From positions 747,569 to 811,568 of the forward strand of contig JBAQNJ010000001.1 of assembly GCA_049303675.1 (NCBI GenBank): DNA of 64,000 nucleotides, given 5' to 3'. A model generated the notes under the pieces. It was given only the letters and a program-made list of their open reading frames with translations. It did no database searches and was not told the DNA's origin. Source of the stretch: Microgenomates group bacterium (lineage in GTDB: Bacteria; Patescibacteriota; Microgenomatia; UBA12405). The translations under genes and the position numbers were made by a program. Of this stretch, positions 52,074 to 60,856 are shown one piece after another (position 1 is the first letter of the stretch; each line of letters starts with the position of its first letter).

Positions 52074-52406
52074 TCAAGCTAAAAGGGCATCTCCCAATCT
52101 TACTCTCTTAGAATCATCACCAAACATTCTTCTATCACCGATATTTTTCTCACTAGGCAAATGACCATATAACACTACAATAGGCGTATGGGGACTTAAT
52201 GATAATTTTCTTCCGTTATCTTCGCGAATAATTACAAAACCATTACCCTTTATTTGTTCAACTAGAACTTCTTCCGAATTCACACCTCTCGGCAAAATAA
52301 AAGCTGCTCCAACCTGACTTCCATAAGTTGCCATATCATGACAATGCATTAAATCAGCAACAGTAGAATTAGGTTTTGTCCTTTCGGCCAACCTCACTTT
52401 TGTCAT
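52074..52406 (-). CDS. hypothetical protein
   Basis: ORF only. Confidence 0.3.
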   Translation of the reverse strand: MTKVRLAERTKPNSTVADLMHCHDMATYGSQVGAAFILPRGVNSEEVLVEQIKGNGFVIIREDNGRKLSLSPHTPIVVLYGHLPSEKNIGDRRMFGDDSKRVRLGDALLA

Positions 52407-52544
52407 TGTAACTCAGTATACACCTCAATTACCGATTACTCTATTAATTATTTGCTTATAAATAATGTATTTTAATCAATGTAATTATCTTGATATAGAA
52501 TGTTATCTTTTTTCACAACTGTTTTCATAGTATTCTAATTTACT

Positions 52545-53399
52545 ATGAAAGATGTGTCACAAATACCTACTAATCAATTAGAACCCAACCCTCTCCAGCC
52601 TCGGGGCATCATCAATAATGAATCTGTTTCTGAGTTAGTTGAATCAATTCGTGAACACGGCATCCTCGAGCCACTCATCATTGCCCAAACACCCGCCGGT
52701 TATCAGATAATCGCCGGTGAACGTCGCTGGCGGGCAGCTAGGATACTCAAATTACCCTATGTCCCTGCTATTATCAAAAAGACCAGTCCTCAACAAATGT
52801 TAGAGATGGCTATCGTTGAAAATGTCCAACGCAAAGACCTCAACCCGATTGAAAAAGCCAAATCATTTTTGCGTCTCAAGGAGGAATTTAATTTAGACCA
52901 CACTGGTATTGCCCGAAAAATTAGCAAAAGTGTCCCCTATGTTATCAATGTCCTCAAGTTACTCACTCTACCTGATGCTCTCAAAGATGGTTTACTCTCC
53001 GGTCTAATCTCCGAGGGTCATGCTCGGGCCTTATCCAGCATTGGTGATGTCAGGTTGATTATCGAGGCCTACAAAATAGTTCTCAAGGAAAAAGCCTCTG
53101 TCCGTCGAGCCGAAGAGATAGCCAGAAGAATGCGCCAAAAAATCGAGGAGGGGATTGTCCCTATCACCAAAGAAAATATACCCCAGTTCCTCAAATCTCG
53201 GCTAGACAATATTTCCACCGATCTGGAAACTAAATTTCCTGATCAGACCACCAAAGTTAAAATTACTCAAACAAATATCTTGACTCGAGTTACTTTTCAA
53301 TTTCGTGGGCCAATTGAAAAACGGTTTGAAAACTTACGCAGCCTCTATAAAGAAGTCTGTCACCAGGAGCTAGCCAAAGAAACCCCAACTAATACCTAA
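52545..53399 (+). CDS. parB: chromosome partitioning protein ParB/Spo0J
   Basis: ParB box GERRWRAA, HTH region. Confidence 0.85.
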   Translation: MKDVSQIPTNQLEPNPLQPRGIINNESVSELVESIREHGILEPLIIAQTPAGYQIIAGERRWRAARILKLPYVPAIIKKTSPQQMLEMAIVENVQRKDLNPIEKAKSFLRLKEEFNLDHTGIARKISKSVPYVINVLKLLTLPDALKDGLLSGLISEGHARALSSIGDVRLIIEAYKIVLKEKASVRRAEEIARRMRQKIEEGIVPITKENIPQFLKSRLDNISTDLETKFPDQTTKVKITQTNILTRVTFQFRGPIEKRFENLRSLYKEVCHQELAKETPTNT

Positions 53400-53979
53400 C
53401 TTTAGGGACTAATCCCACACTCGACACTGGCCAATAAACAAAAAAAGCTTTACCAACAATCAATTTTTTTTCAATTGGGCCAAATTCACGACCATCTCGT
53501 GAATGAGAACGGTTATCCCCAAAACAGAGATACTTTCCCTCCGGCACAGTTTTTTCCACGCCTTCCTCATTAAATGACCCCGCATCAGACACAAAATCTG
53601 AGGGCAAAAAACTTTGATTTAGTTTTTCACCATTCAAATATACTTGACCGTTTTTAACCATGACCCTGTCCCCAGGGATGCCAATAATTCTTTTTATATA
53701 TTCACATTCATCAGCGGCGCAAGGTTCACTCGGTGGCGCTTTGAATACCACCACATCACCCCGTACCGGTTCGCCCATCTGATAACTCAGCTTGTCAGTC
53801 AAGAGATATTCACCATCTACAAAGTTGGGCAACATTGAGTTACCTTTTACTTGATTTGGTTGGGCTACGAACAAATACAATAATACAAAAACAGACAGCG
53901 CCAAAACAATTGATTGGACAAATTCTAGTATAAAATTCCCAATCGAGAACCCCTTTTCCGATTTATAATTAATTTTCAT
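53389..53979 (-). CDS. lepB: signal peptidase I
   Basis: GNSMLP (catalytic Ser), GDNR.HS.D box. Confidence 0.85.
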   Translation of the reverse strand: MKINYKSEKGFSIGNFILEFVQSIVLALSVFVLLYLFVAQPNQVKGNSMLPNFVDGEYLLTDKLSYQMGEPVRGDVVVFKAPPSEPCAADECEYIKRIIGIPGDRVMVKNGQVYLNGEKLNQSFLPSDFVSDAGSFNEEGVEKTVPEGKYLCFGDNRSHSRDGREFGPIEKKLIVGKAFFVYWPVSSVGLVPKVRY

Positions 53980-54116
53980 ATTTCTCAGTTTAACATCATG
54001 AATGTGGCCTTGCCACCCATAGCTTTAGCGAAGGGTGGCTGCTAGTGGGATCGGACCCCTGTCCGCCTGTGGCGGGACTGACCTTTCCAACCTGCCTGCC
54101 GGCAGGCAGGTGTGAA

Positions 54117-54193
54117 TGGTGGTCGTTGTAGGACTCGGACCTACGACCTCATCGATGTGAACGATGCGCTCTAACCAACTGAGCTAAACGACC
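54117..54193 (-). tRNA. tRNA-Val (anticodon CAC), CCA encoded
   Basis: manual fold: 7-bp acceptor, D-arm, anticodon loop TTCACAT; T-loop TCCGAGT (C55). Confidence 0.85.
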
Positions 54194-54227
54194 GTGAGCC
54201 AAGCAGCCATACATTCGAGATTATACA

Positions 54228-56669
54228 CTAATCAAGTAACAACTTGGCTACCACCATCTGCGCCGAGGCACTGCGAATATCATTTATTTTCCAATACATT
54301 TTGGCCCGTTTCAACATCTCCTCAGACTTTTCCCAATTCAACGCCTCGATTAAACTTAATTTACTATTTGATTTGTGATTTTCAAAACGATGCCAGTCAA
54401 TTTCAAAGTGATGTCTCATATCCAATATTTTTGGGTAATTGTCAATAATTCTACTACTAATTGTCGTTTCCCTATTTTTATTTCTAAACTGAATTATCTT
54501 TTTTAGAGCCTCAATATATTCCCGATGATTTAGTTTATCTGCCGCATTTTTTAGATCCTTGTCATTCTTATATATTGCCCTCAATTTGGATAAATCTCGT
54601 CTTATTGTCTCCAAGAAAGAGAGAGTTATAGTTTTATCCTTCTTAGCCTCACCCTCTACATAATCCCAACTCTCACTGTTTCCCATTATTCCAGAAGCTA
54701 GATGATAAGTGCCATTTTCAGTGCCGACAATAGAGCTAACACAATTATTACTATAATTATTCATTATCAGAAATCCACTCTCATCACTTCTTACTTCAGT
54801 CAGGTTGGGACACTTAACTTTTAAATAGGCCGGAGAGCCAATAAAAAATATTTTCTGGCCCACTAGTTCTTCACTTATATGAGCCGCGGTCTGAGATAGA
54901 CCAATCACCCTCATAATATCGCCCAAACCACTGTCAATTAGATTCCCGTGGAGTGATCCCAGAACAGTATTACCGTCACCCTCAAAACCTTGTTTTGACT
55001 CCAATACCGTCCCATCACCGTTGTTTTGAGTATAGCTCACCAGACTTCCGTCAGGCCATCTATTCAACATTTTGTCTAGCATACTTCTATTTTTCAAGTT
55101 GACCCATGCCGGAGTATCAAACCCCGACCCTATCAGGCTTTGGTATTGGGGAAATATATCTGCCACATCGTTATCTTTACTCTGCAGATAATTATTTAGA
55201 TACGATAAATTCTCAAAATGTAATACACTTCCATTCTTTTTTGCAAAGTCGTAGATAGGTATCAGATTTCCCAACATCGGTATGAAATTGTGGACTACCT
55301 CCACTTTTGTCGGATACTTGTCCTTTTGCAATTGTAACAATATATTTAGGGCAGTAGTCGCTAGATTGTCCTCACCAGCCACCTTACCGCTATTCCACAG
55401 AGAATATGGATCCATCGACCCGTATTGCGGACTCCCAGCACCAATTACTTGCCAGACCCTTGGATCTCCAACATGGTCTTGCAACCAAACCCGAGCTACC
55501 ACTCCACCCAAACTATGACCCACTATAACTACTTTATCATTATTACCTGTTTTACCGTCAAAATAATTATCAAACTTATCCACAATTTCCGCTATTGGCC
55601 GCCGCCAGTCATAGTTCCACACAAAATAATCAACGTCTTTTTGATAGCCGTTCAAAATCAGGGAGTTGATCAGTGAATCATAATTATGAACAAATGGAGT
55701 CATCCGCCAGCTATCATCCGACACGACACGGTTGTATACCAATGCTTCAGAATTCCAACTCGCCCCAGTCCCCGGAATTATTATTACCTTTTTTCGTGGC
55801 AATGGAGTCGGAGTATTTGTGGGGGTAGGGGTACTAGTTGGAGTCGGTGTACTAGTTGGCGTTGGCGTACTTGTCGGCAATGGAGTATTTGTCGGAATCG
55901 GAGTCTCAGTTGGGACGGGTGTATTTGTTGGGGTAGGGGTGAAAGTGGGAGAGGGGGTGACAACTAGCGGACAAAGATTAGTGGAAATACTTACATTATC
56001 AAAATTTGCAACCGTATCGTTAAAATAGTCACCACCCCATGCTTGTAAACCAATATACCCTTCAGTTAGCACTGGATAAAAGACAACACCAGAATCTGTA
56101 TAATCAATAACAGGCCAAGTACCGTAAAAAACCCTTATTCGACTTCCCGACATAGTGATTCTAACCCGAACAGTCGTACCATGTATCAATTGGTATAGAT
56201 TTGAATATGCAGATGGAAATGCATCATACAGCAGATGAAATCTTCCATCTACAAATTTATACAAAACTATATCATTTGCTGGATCTTGCGGCCATAGTGG
56301 TTCCGGATATCTAAAACCTACCATATAGTATGAATTCATATCATCCGAAACTCTAAAGATAATCTGTTGGTCAACTCCGTTTACTCCAGTAATATCTGCG
56401 GCTAATTCGAAGTCACTTAATTTACCAATAATCGGATATATTGATCTCAACTCTTGCCTTGATACTCTACTTGATAATATTCCGTCATTGATAGTCCAAT
56501 TTAACGAACAATCACTACTACATGTCCAACTTGTCGACAAACTACCGATATCTACGAAATGATCAGAAAAACACTCCTCTGCAAACACAACAGTTGTAGA
56601 CCGCAATGATAAAATACCTAGACAAACAAAACAAAAAGAAAGAAATAAACGAACAATGTTTTTTTCCAC
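54228..56669 (-). CDS. secreted multidomain protein: N-terminal beta-sandwich/lectin-like domain, Pro-Thr linker, alpha/beta-hydrolase (lipase/esterase, PGAP1/DUF676-like) domain, C-terminal helical domain
   Basis: signal peptide; TPTPTSTPTPT linker (res 237-291); GHSLGG nucleophile elbow at Ser386. Confidence 0.6.
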   Translation of the reverse strand: MEKNIVRLFLSFCFVCLGILSLRSTTVVFAEECFSDHFVDIGSLSTSWTCSSDCSLNWTINDGILSSRVSRQELRSIYPIIGKLSDFELAADITGVNGVDQQIIFRVSDDMNSYYMVGFRYPEPLWPQDPANDIVLYKFVDGRFHLLYDAFPSAYSNLYQLIHGTTVRVRITMSGSRIRVFYGTWPVIDYTDSGVVFYPVLTEGYIGLQAWGGDYFNDTVANFDNVSISTNLCPLVVTPSPTFTPTPTNTPVPTETPIPTNTPLPTSTPTPTSTPTPTSTPTPTNTPTPLPRKKVIIIPGTGASWNSEALVYNRVVSDDSWRMTPFVHNYDSLINSLILNGYQKDVDYFVWNYDWRRPIAEIVDKFDNYFDGKTGNNDKVVIVGHSLGGVVARVWLQDHVGDPRVWQVIGAGSPQYGSMDPYSLWNSGKVAGEDNLATTALNILLQLQKDKYPTKVEVVHNFIPMLGNLIPIYDFAKKNGSVLHFENLSYLNNYLQSKDNDVADIFPQYQSLIGSGFDTPAWVNLKNRSMLDKMLNRWPDGSLVSYTQNNGDGTVLESKQGFEGDGNTVLGSLHGNLIDSGLGDIMRVIGLSQTAAHISEELVGQKIFFIGSPAYLKVKCPNLTEVRSDESGFLIMNNYSNNCVSSIVGTENGTYHLASGIMGNSESWDYVEGEAKKDKTITLSFLETIRRDLSKLRAIYKNDKDLKNAADKLNHREYIEALKKIIQFRNKNRETTISSRIIDNYPKILDMRHHFEIDWHRFENHKSNSKLSLIEALNWEKSEEMLKRAKMYWKINDIRSASAQMVVAKLLLD
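55797..55961. repeat. imperfect ~18-nt tandem repeats encoding the Pro-Thr linker
   Basis: GGNGTACTNGTNGGNGTN-type units; produce spurious antisense GVGVLVGVGV ORFs. Confidence 0.6.
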
Positions 56670-56693
56670 TTACCATAAAGATAGTCAAACAAG

Positions 56694-57569
56694 ATGAAAG
56701 TGTCAACAACTAAATTCACAGTAATTACTGTGAACTACAACTCAGAAAAATATTTGTTTAAACTCATTAGATCGCTTTCATATATTAAAAATCTAATCGA
56801 TTGCATAATAGTTGTCGACAACAATTCCATGTTACAAAGAAATCTAAATAGACTGAAGAATCATAGTAATTTAAAATTAATTTTAAATAATAAAAACTTA
56901 GGATTCAGCAAAGCTGTTAACCAAGCCATACATGTTGCTAAGTCAGAATATATTTTATTATTGAATCCAGACTGCTTTTTAACAGACAACTCAATTGTCA
57001 ATATTTTTAACAGAATAAAACAAAGAAACAATATCGGTGCAATTGGAGGCAAAATAATTGATCCAAATACAAATTTGAGAAGCTACACTGCTAACAGCAA
57101 ACCAAGTTTTTTAACAGGTATTTTTGAATTTACGAACCTCAAGAAGGTATTTCCCAAAAACATATTTTCGAAAAACTTCTGGATAGAAAACAGTCATATA
57201 AGTCAAAGTCCAATCGCTGTGAACTCTATATGTGGTGCATTCATGTTATTTCGTAGAAAAATCAACAATAAGTTGAATTTGTTCGACGAAGACTATTTTC
57301 TGTATCTTGAAGATATACAGTTTGGCCAAAATATAAATAACGCAGGTAAACTTGTTATGTTTGACCCATCAAGCAAAATATCTCACTATGGGGGAAAAAG
57401 TAACGATAGTAAATATGGAACTGTACTCAAGCACTGGTATAAATCCAGAAAGATATTTTTCAGCAAGAACCTAAAGAGACCATATTCTGACTTACTATAT
57501 ATAATATTCAGTATTGAAGAAATTTTGTTAAAAATATACCATAAAGCAACAAGTACCCCCAATGAATAA
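56694..57569 (+). CDS. glycosyltransferase family 2
   Basis: FTVITVNYNS...IIVVDNNS...LLLNPD. Confidence 0.75.
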   Translation: MKVSTTKFTVITVNYNSEKYLFKLIRSLSYIKNLIDCIIVVDNNSMLQRNLNRLKNHSNLKLILNNKNLGFSKAVNQAIHVAKSEYILLLNPDCFLTDNSIVNIFNRIKQRNNIGAIGGKIIDPNTNLRSYTANSKPSFLTGIFEFTNLKKVFPKNIFSKNFWIENSHISQSPIAVNSICGAFMLFRRKINNKLNLFDEDYFLYLEDIQFGQNINNAGKLVMFDPSSKISHYGGKSNDSKYGTVLKHWYKSRKIFFSKNLKRPYSDLLYIIFSIEEILLKIYHKATSTPNE

Positions 57570-58326
57570 TCTCTCCCTCATCCTCATCACCAAAAACGAA
57601 TCGGAAAATGTAAAGAAGTGGGGGAGTTGGATTGGAAAACTAAAAAATCTAAATGAACTAATTGTCGTCGACGACAATTCCACCGACAACACTCTCAAAA
57701 TAGTCAAAAAGCTGGCCACCAAAAAGCTAAAGGTCAAAACTTTTGTTCGCCACCTCGACAACGACTTCTCCTCCCAGCGCCAATTTGCGGTCGGCAAATG
57801 TACCAACAATCTCATCCTTTGGCTCGATGCTGACGAGTATCCATCAATTGAATTAATCGAATACATCAATCATATCGACACTAGTCAATATATTAATTTC
57901 GCCTTCAAAAGAGCTGACATCTTTTTAGGGAGTACTCTCCATCATGGCGAAAATGCCCATCAATACTTTCTCCGACTATTCGACAAGCAACACGGCTACT
58001 TCTCCGGTCTAGTCCACGAGCTCTGGGTCAGCTCTCGTCCAACACTTCTCGTCAACCACGAAATCAATCACTTCTCCCACAAAACTCTCAAAACTTTTTT
58101 CGAAAAAATCAACTTCTATTCTGAAATTAGATCAAGAGAGTTGTACAAAAATAAAGTAAAATCCAGTATTTGGCAAATAATCTTTTACCCTTTTGGTAAA
58201 TTTATTAGCGATTATATTTTTAAACTCGGATTTTTGGATTCCACCGCTGGCATTATTATGGCTCTGGGCATGAGCTTTCATTCATTTTTAGTTCGCGCCA
58301 AATTATGGTGTTTATACAATCCCTAG
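57562..58326 (+). CDS. glycosyltransferase family 2
   Basis: LSLILITKNE...LIVVDDNSTDNT...LWLDADE. Confidence 0.7.
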   Translation: MNNLSLILITKNESENVKKWGSWIGKLKNLNELIVVDDNSTDNTLKIVKKLATKKLKVKTFVRHLDNDFSSQRQFAVGKCTNNLILWLDADEYPSIELIEYINHIDTSQYINFAFKRADIFLGSTLHHGENAHQYFLRLFDKQHGYFSGLVHELWVSSRPTLLVNHEINHFSHKTLKTFFEKINFYSEIRSRELYKNKVKSSIWQIIFYPFGKFISDYIFKLGFLDSTAGIIMALGMSFHSFLVRAKLWCLYNP

Positions 58327-59363
58327 TCTTAGTCGGTCTTTCCCTTGCCTTCTTTTTTGGCCAACTCTGGCGCCTAAATATCGGTTCACTCTCCTTTCCC
58401 GTAATTGACATATTTCTACTTAGTTTTGCCCTGACCAATTTATATTTCCATCACACTCCCAAAAATAAATATTTATTCTATTTTGTCATATTCTCGTGGA
58501 TATCTCTTTTATTGAACTATCTTATCCACCCCCTCCCATGGCTGATTTCTGCCACCTATCTCCTTCGTCTGACGGGGATCCTATCTTTATTTATATTTCC
58601 CCCAATTATTCCCCAAAATATAAAAAAACTTTTTTTTACTATCATCATTGCCAATATCATCTTTGGACTAATCCAATATTTCATTTGGCCTGATTTTACC
58701 TATTTTAAGGCTATTGGCTGGGACGACCATCTCAATCGTCTCCTGAGCACCTATTTTGACCCCACCTTCACTGCCCTCATCTATCTATTGTTCTTCATCC
58801 ATCTTTTTTTTAAAAAGAAAATCACTCTAGTTTCTAGTTTCCTGTTTCTAGTTACCTTTTTAGCTCTCGCTTTCACCTATAGCCGCTCCACTTTTCTCAG
58901 TCTAATTATTTGCGGACTATTTGTCAGTCTAGTTACCAAAAAATCCATCATTTTTTTTGGTAGTCTAATATTAATTGGCTTAACCATAATTGCCCTCCCC
59001 CGACCGGCAGGAGAGGGCACCAAGCTAGAGAGGACATCCTCAATTAGCGCCAAGCTAGTAAATACTACCGAGGCTTTAAAACTCTTTTGCCGTTCCCCTC
59101 TAATTGGTTTTGGATACAATAATTTACCCAATATCCAGCAAAATTATTCTTCACACAGCAACTCCGGCTTTGATTCGAGTCTACTCACCCTATTAGTTAC
59201 TACCGGTTTGATTGGCCTAACCTTATTTTTAACCGGCTTCTGGCAGTTATTTCTAGTATCAAGTCTAGAGACAAAAACTATGTTAGTGGCCATTTTTATT
59301 CACTCACTCTTTGCCAATTCGTTACTCTACCCTTTTACCCTCATCTTTTTAATTCTTATCTAG
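58305..59363 (+). CDS. O-antigen ligase-like (Wzy_C) membrane protein
   Basis: polytopic; FTYSRSTFLSLIICGLF matches the Wzy_C motif. Confidence 0.5.
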   Translation: MVFIQSLVLVGLSLAFFFGQLWRLNIGSLSFPVIDIFLLSFALTNLYFHHTPKNKYLFYFVIFSWISLLLNYLIHPLPWLISATYLLRLTGILSLFIFPPIIPQNIKKLFFTIIIANIIFGLIQYFIWPDFTYFKAIGWDDHLNRLLSTYFDPTFTALIYLLFFIHLFFKKKITLVSSFLFLVTFLALAFTYSRSTFLSLIICGLFVSLVTKKSIIFFGSLILIGLTIIALPRPAGEGTKLERTSSISAKLVNTTEALKLFCRSPLIGFGYNNLPNIQQNYSSHSNSGFDSSLLTLLVTTGLIGLTLFLTGFWQLFLVSSLETKTMLVAIFIHSLFANSLLYPFTLIFLILI

Positions 59364-59364
59364 T

Positions 59365-60078
59365 TTATATATCGTAAGTCAACACAATTTTCTTCTTCGA
59401 TTCATTACCTGCCATATCCTTCACAATTATTTCTACATCATTCTTCCCAGGATTCAGTTGTAGCTTAATTTTAAATTTCCCGAGATCATCCACCATCGCC
59501 ATCCGTCCATTGACAATCACGCTTACTCCACTTTCCCCTTGACCGATTACATCAAAATCTGCCGAACTCACTTTTAGTGTCTCCTCCACCGGATTGAGCA
59601 TGGCAATTTCTGGAGCCTTGTTATCAAATATGATTTTAATTTCTTTAGAGGCATCGCCACTTCCACCCTTCTCGCTAATAGCCACCGCTGAAAACACACT
59701 TTCACCCTGATCTAATGGCACATCAGAAAACACAAACTCACCGTTGTCGTTGGTGTTTACTCTACCTACCGATACATCATTTTTCAATAATTCGACGACT
59801 ACATTCCGCTCAGCAATACCCCCAATGGCAATCGGGGCACTATTAGTCGCCTCATACGATACTAAAATTCTCGGAGCAGTTGGGGGCAATATCCGGTTAC
59901 CCTGATCCGTGTTCTTCTTCAAATTTCCTAAAACAATGGAGAATTTGATCAGTAGAGGTAATCCAAATACTAGTAATAATACAAACACCACAATCGTGGT
60001 TAATCCCAAAAAAACTGTTTTTTTGGTAATCTCATCTTCACTCTTTTTTTCAATTCTCGACCTTCTAAATTCCGCCAT
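59365..60078 (-). CDS. membrane-anchored surface protein with Ig-like/beta-sandwich repeats
   Basis: N-terminal TM anchor; repeated V.V.NG...V.D.G.F pattern. Confidence 0.35.
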   Translation of the reverse strand: MAEFRRSRIEKKSEDEITKKTVFLGLTTIVVFVLLLVFGLPLLIKFSIVLGNLKKNTDQGNRILPPTAPRILVSYEATNSAPIAIGGIAERNVVVELLKNDVSVGRVNTNDNGEFVFSDVPLDQGESVFSAVAISEKGGSGDASKEIKIIFDNKAPEIAMLNPVEETLKVSSADFDVIGQGESGVSVIVNGRMAMVDDLGKFKIKLQLNPGKNDVEIIVKDMAGNESKKKIVLTYDI

Positions 60079-60102
60079 AATTCTTATATTTTAACATTAA
60101 TG

Positions 60103-60175
60103 AGCCGAAGGGGAGAGTCGGACTCCCGACCCACGCTTTACGAAAGCGGCGCTCTACCAACTGAGCTACTTCGGC
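60103..60175 (-). tRNA. tRNA-Thr (anticodon CGT), no encoded CCA
   Basis: manual fold; anticodon loop TTCGTAA; T-arm GGGAG-TCCGACT-CTCCC. Confidence 0.85.
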
Positions 60176-60190
60176 TAAAATATATACGGG

Positions 60191-60261
60191 AGCGGGATAT
60201 GGGAATCGGACCCACTTCTCATCCTTGGGAAGGATACATTCTACCGGTGAACTAATCCCGC
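60191..60261 (-). tRNA. tRNA-Gly (anticodon CCC), no encoded CCA
   Basis: manual fold; anticodon loop TTCCCAA; T-arm GTGGG-TCCGATT-CCCAT. Confidence 0.8.
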
Positions 60262-60277
60262 AACGTACGAATTACTA

Positions 60278-60817
60278 CTATTCTAGCATCAATATCATCC
60301 CTATCTCTAGTTTGCTCGGGTCTCGTAATTTTGTCTTATTTAGTTTCCAAATCTTGGTCCAAGCATAGCCATCACCCATATTTTTTACAGCGATTTTCCA
60401 CAAGCTGTCACCTCTAACTACTTTATATTCTTTCAATTCTGCTTTCTTTTCCGTCTCTACTTTTGCCTCAAGTTTTTTAATTTCCGGCAATTTCAATTCT
60501 GATCCCACTATCAAAACACTAGGGTTCTCCAACTTATTTTCGGCTGCAATTTTTGACCATTGATAGCCATCTCCATATCTAGCTACGGCGATTTTCCACA
60601 AATTATCGCCCTTGACCACTTTATAATTTGAACTGGCTGAATTTACTACTTCAACACTTTTATCACTAGTTCCGGTCAGTTCTACAGTGCCTCTTTTTTT
60701 ATTAAAATAATTTACTACCATCCCCACTACCACCAAAACTATCACCAGTCCTAAAAACATACTCACGACTTCTTCTGATGATTTAAAAATATTTGAAAAA
60801 ACTGATTTTTGTTGCAT
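60278..60817 (-). CDS. LysM-domain (x2) membrane-anchored peptidoglycan-binding protein
   Basis: N-terminal TM; two Y.V..GD.LW.IA...GDGY.W.KI blocks. Confidence 0.75.
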   Translation of the reverse strand: MQQKSVFSNIFKSSEEVVSMFLGLVIVLVVVGMVVNYFNKKRGTVELTGTSDKSVEVVNSASSNYKVVKGDNLWKIAVARYGDGYQWSKIAAENKLENPSVLIVGSELKLPEIKKLEAKVETEKKAELKEYKVVRGDSLWKIAVKNMGDGYAWTKIWKLNKTKLRDPSKLEIGMILMLE

Positions 60818-60856
60818 GTCATAAAATAACCTCTCCCTGTCCTATAGTCAATCTCT

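Noticed and set aside
51727-52406. Single frameshifted gene spanning the two minus-strand ORFs between rpmA and parB
   Set aside because: The ORFs are in different frames, separated by a 62-nt AT-rich spacer with its own -10-like elements. No recognisable domain is split across them.
52407-52544. parS site upstream of parB
   Set aside because: Only a weak TTTTTCACAACTGTTTTCA sequence; it does not match the 16-nt palindromic parS consensus.
54005-54116. Possible SRP (4.5S) RNA
   Set aside because: Minus-strand motifs AGGUCAG and AGCAGCC resemble the SRP domain-IV strands. They are separated by 34 nt forming two hairpins and no GNRA-capped helix, and there is no 5'/3' closing helix.
54005-54116. 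Additional or permuted tRNA next to tRNA-Val
   Set aside because: It has a T-arm-like UCCGAUC hairpin and AGCAGCC-A-CCC. No complementary 5' acceptor strand, D-arm or 7-nt anticodon loop could be found on either strand or downstream.
55686-56028. Two overlapping + strand ORFs with GVGVLVGVGV repeats
   Set aside because: Antisense translation of the Pro-Thr linker tandem repeat of the secreted lipase gene.
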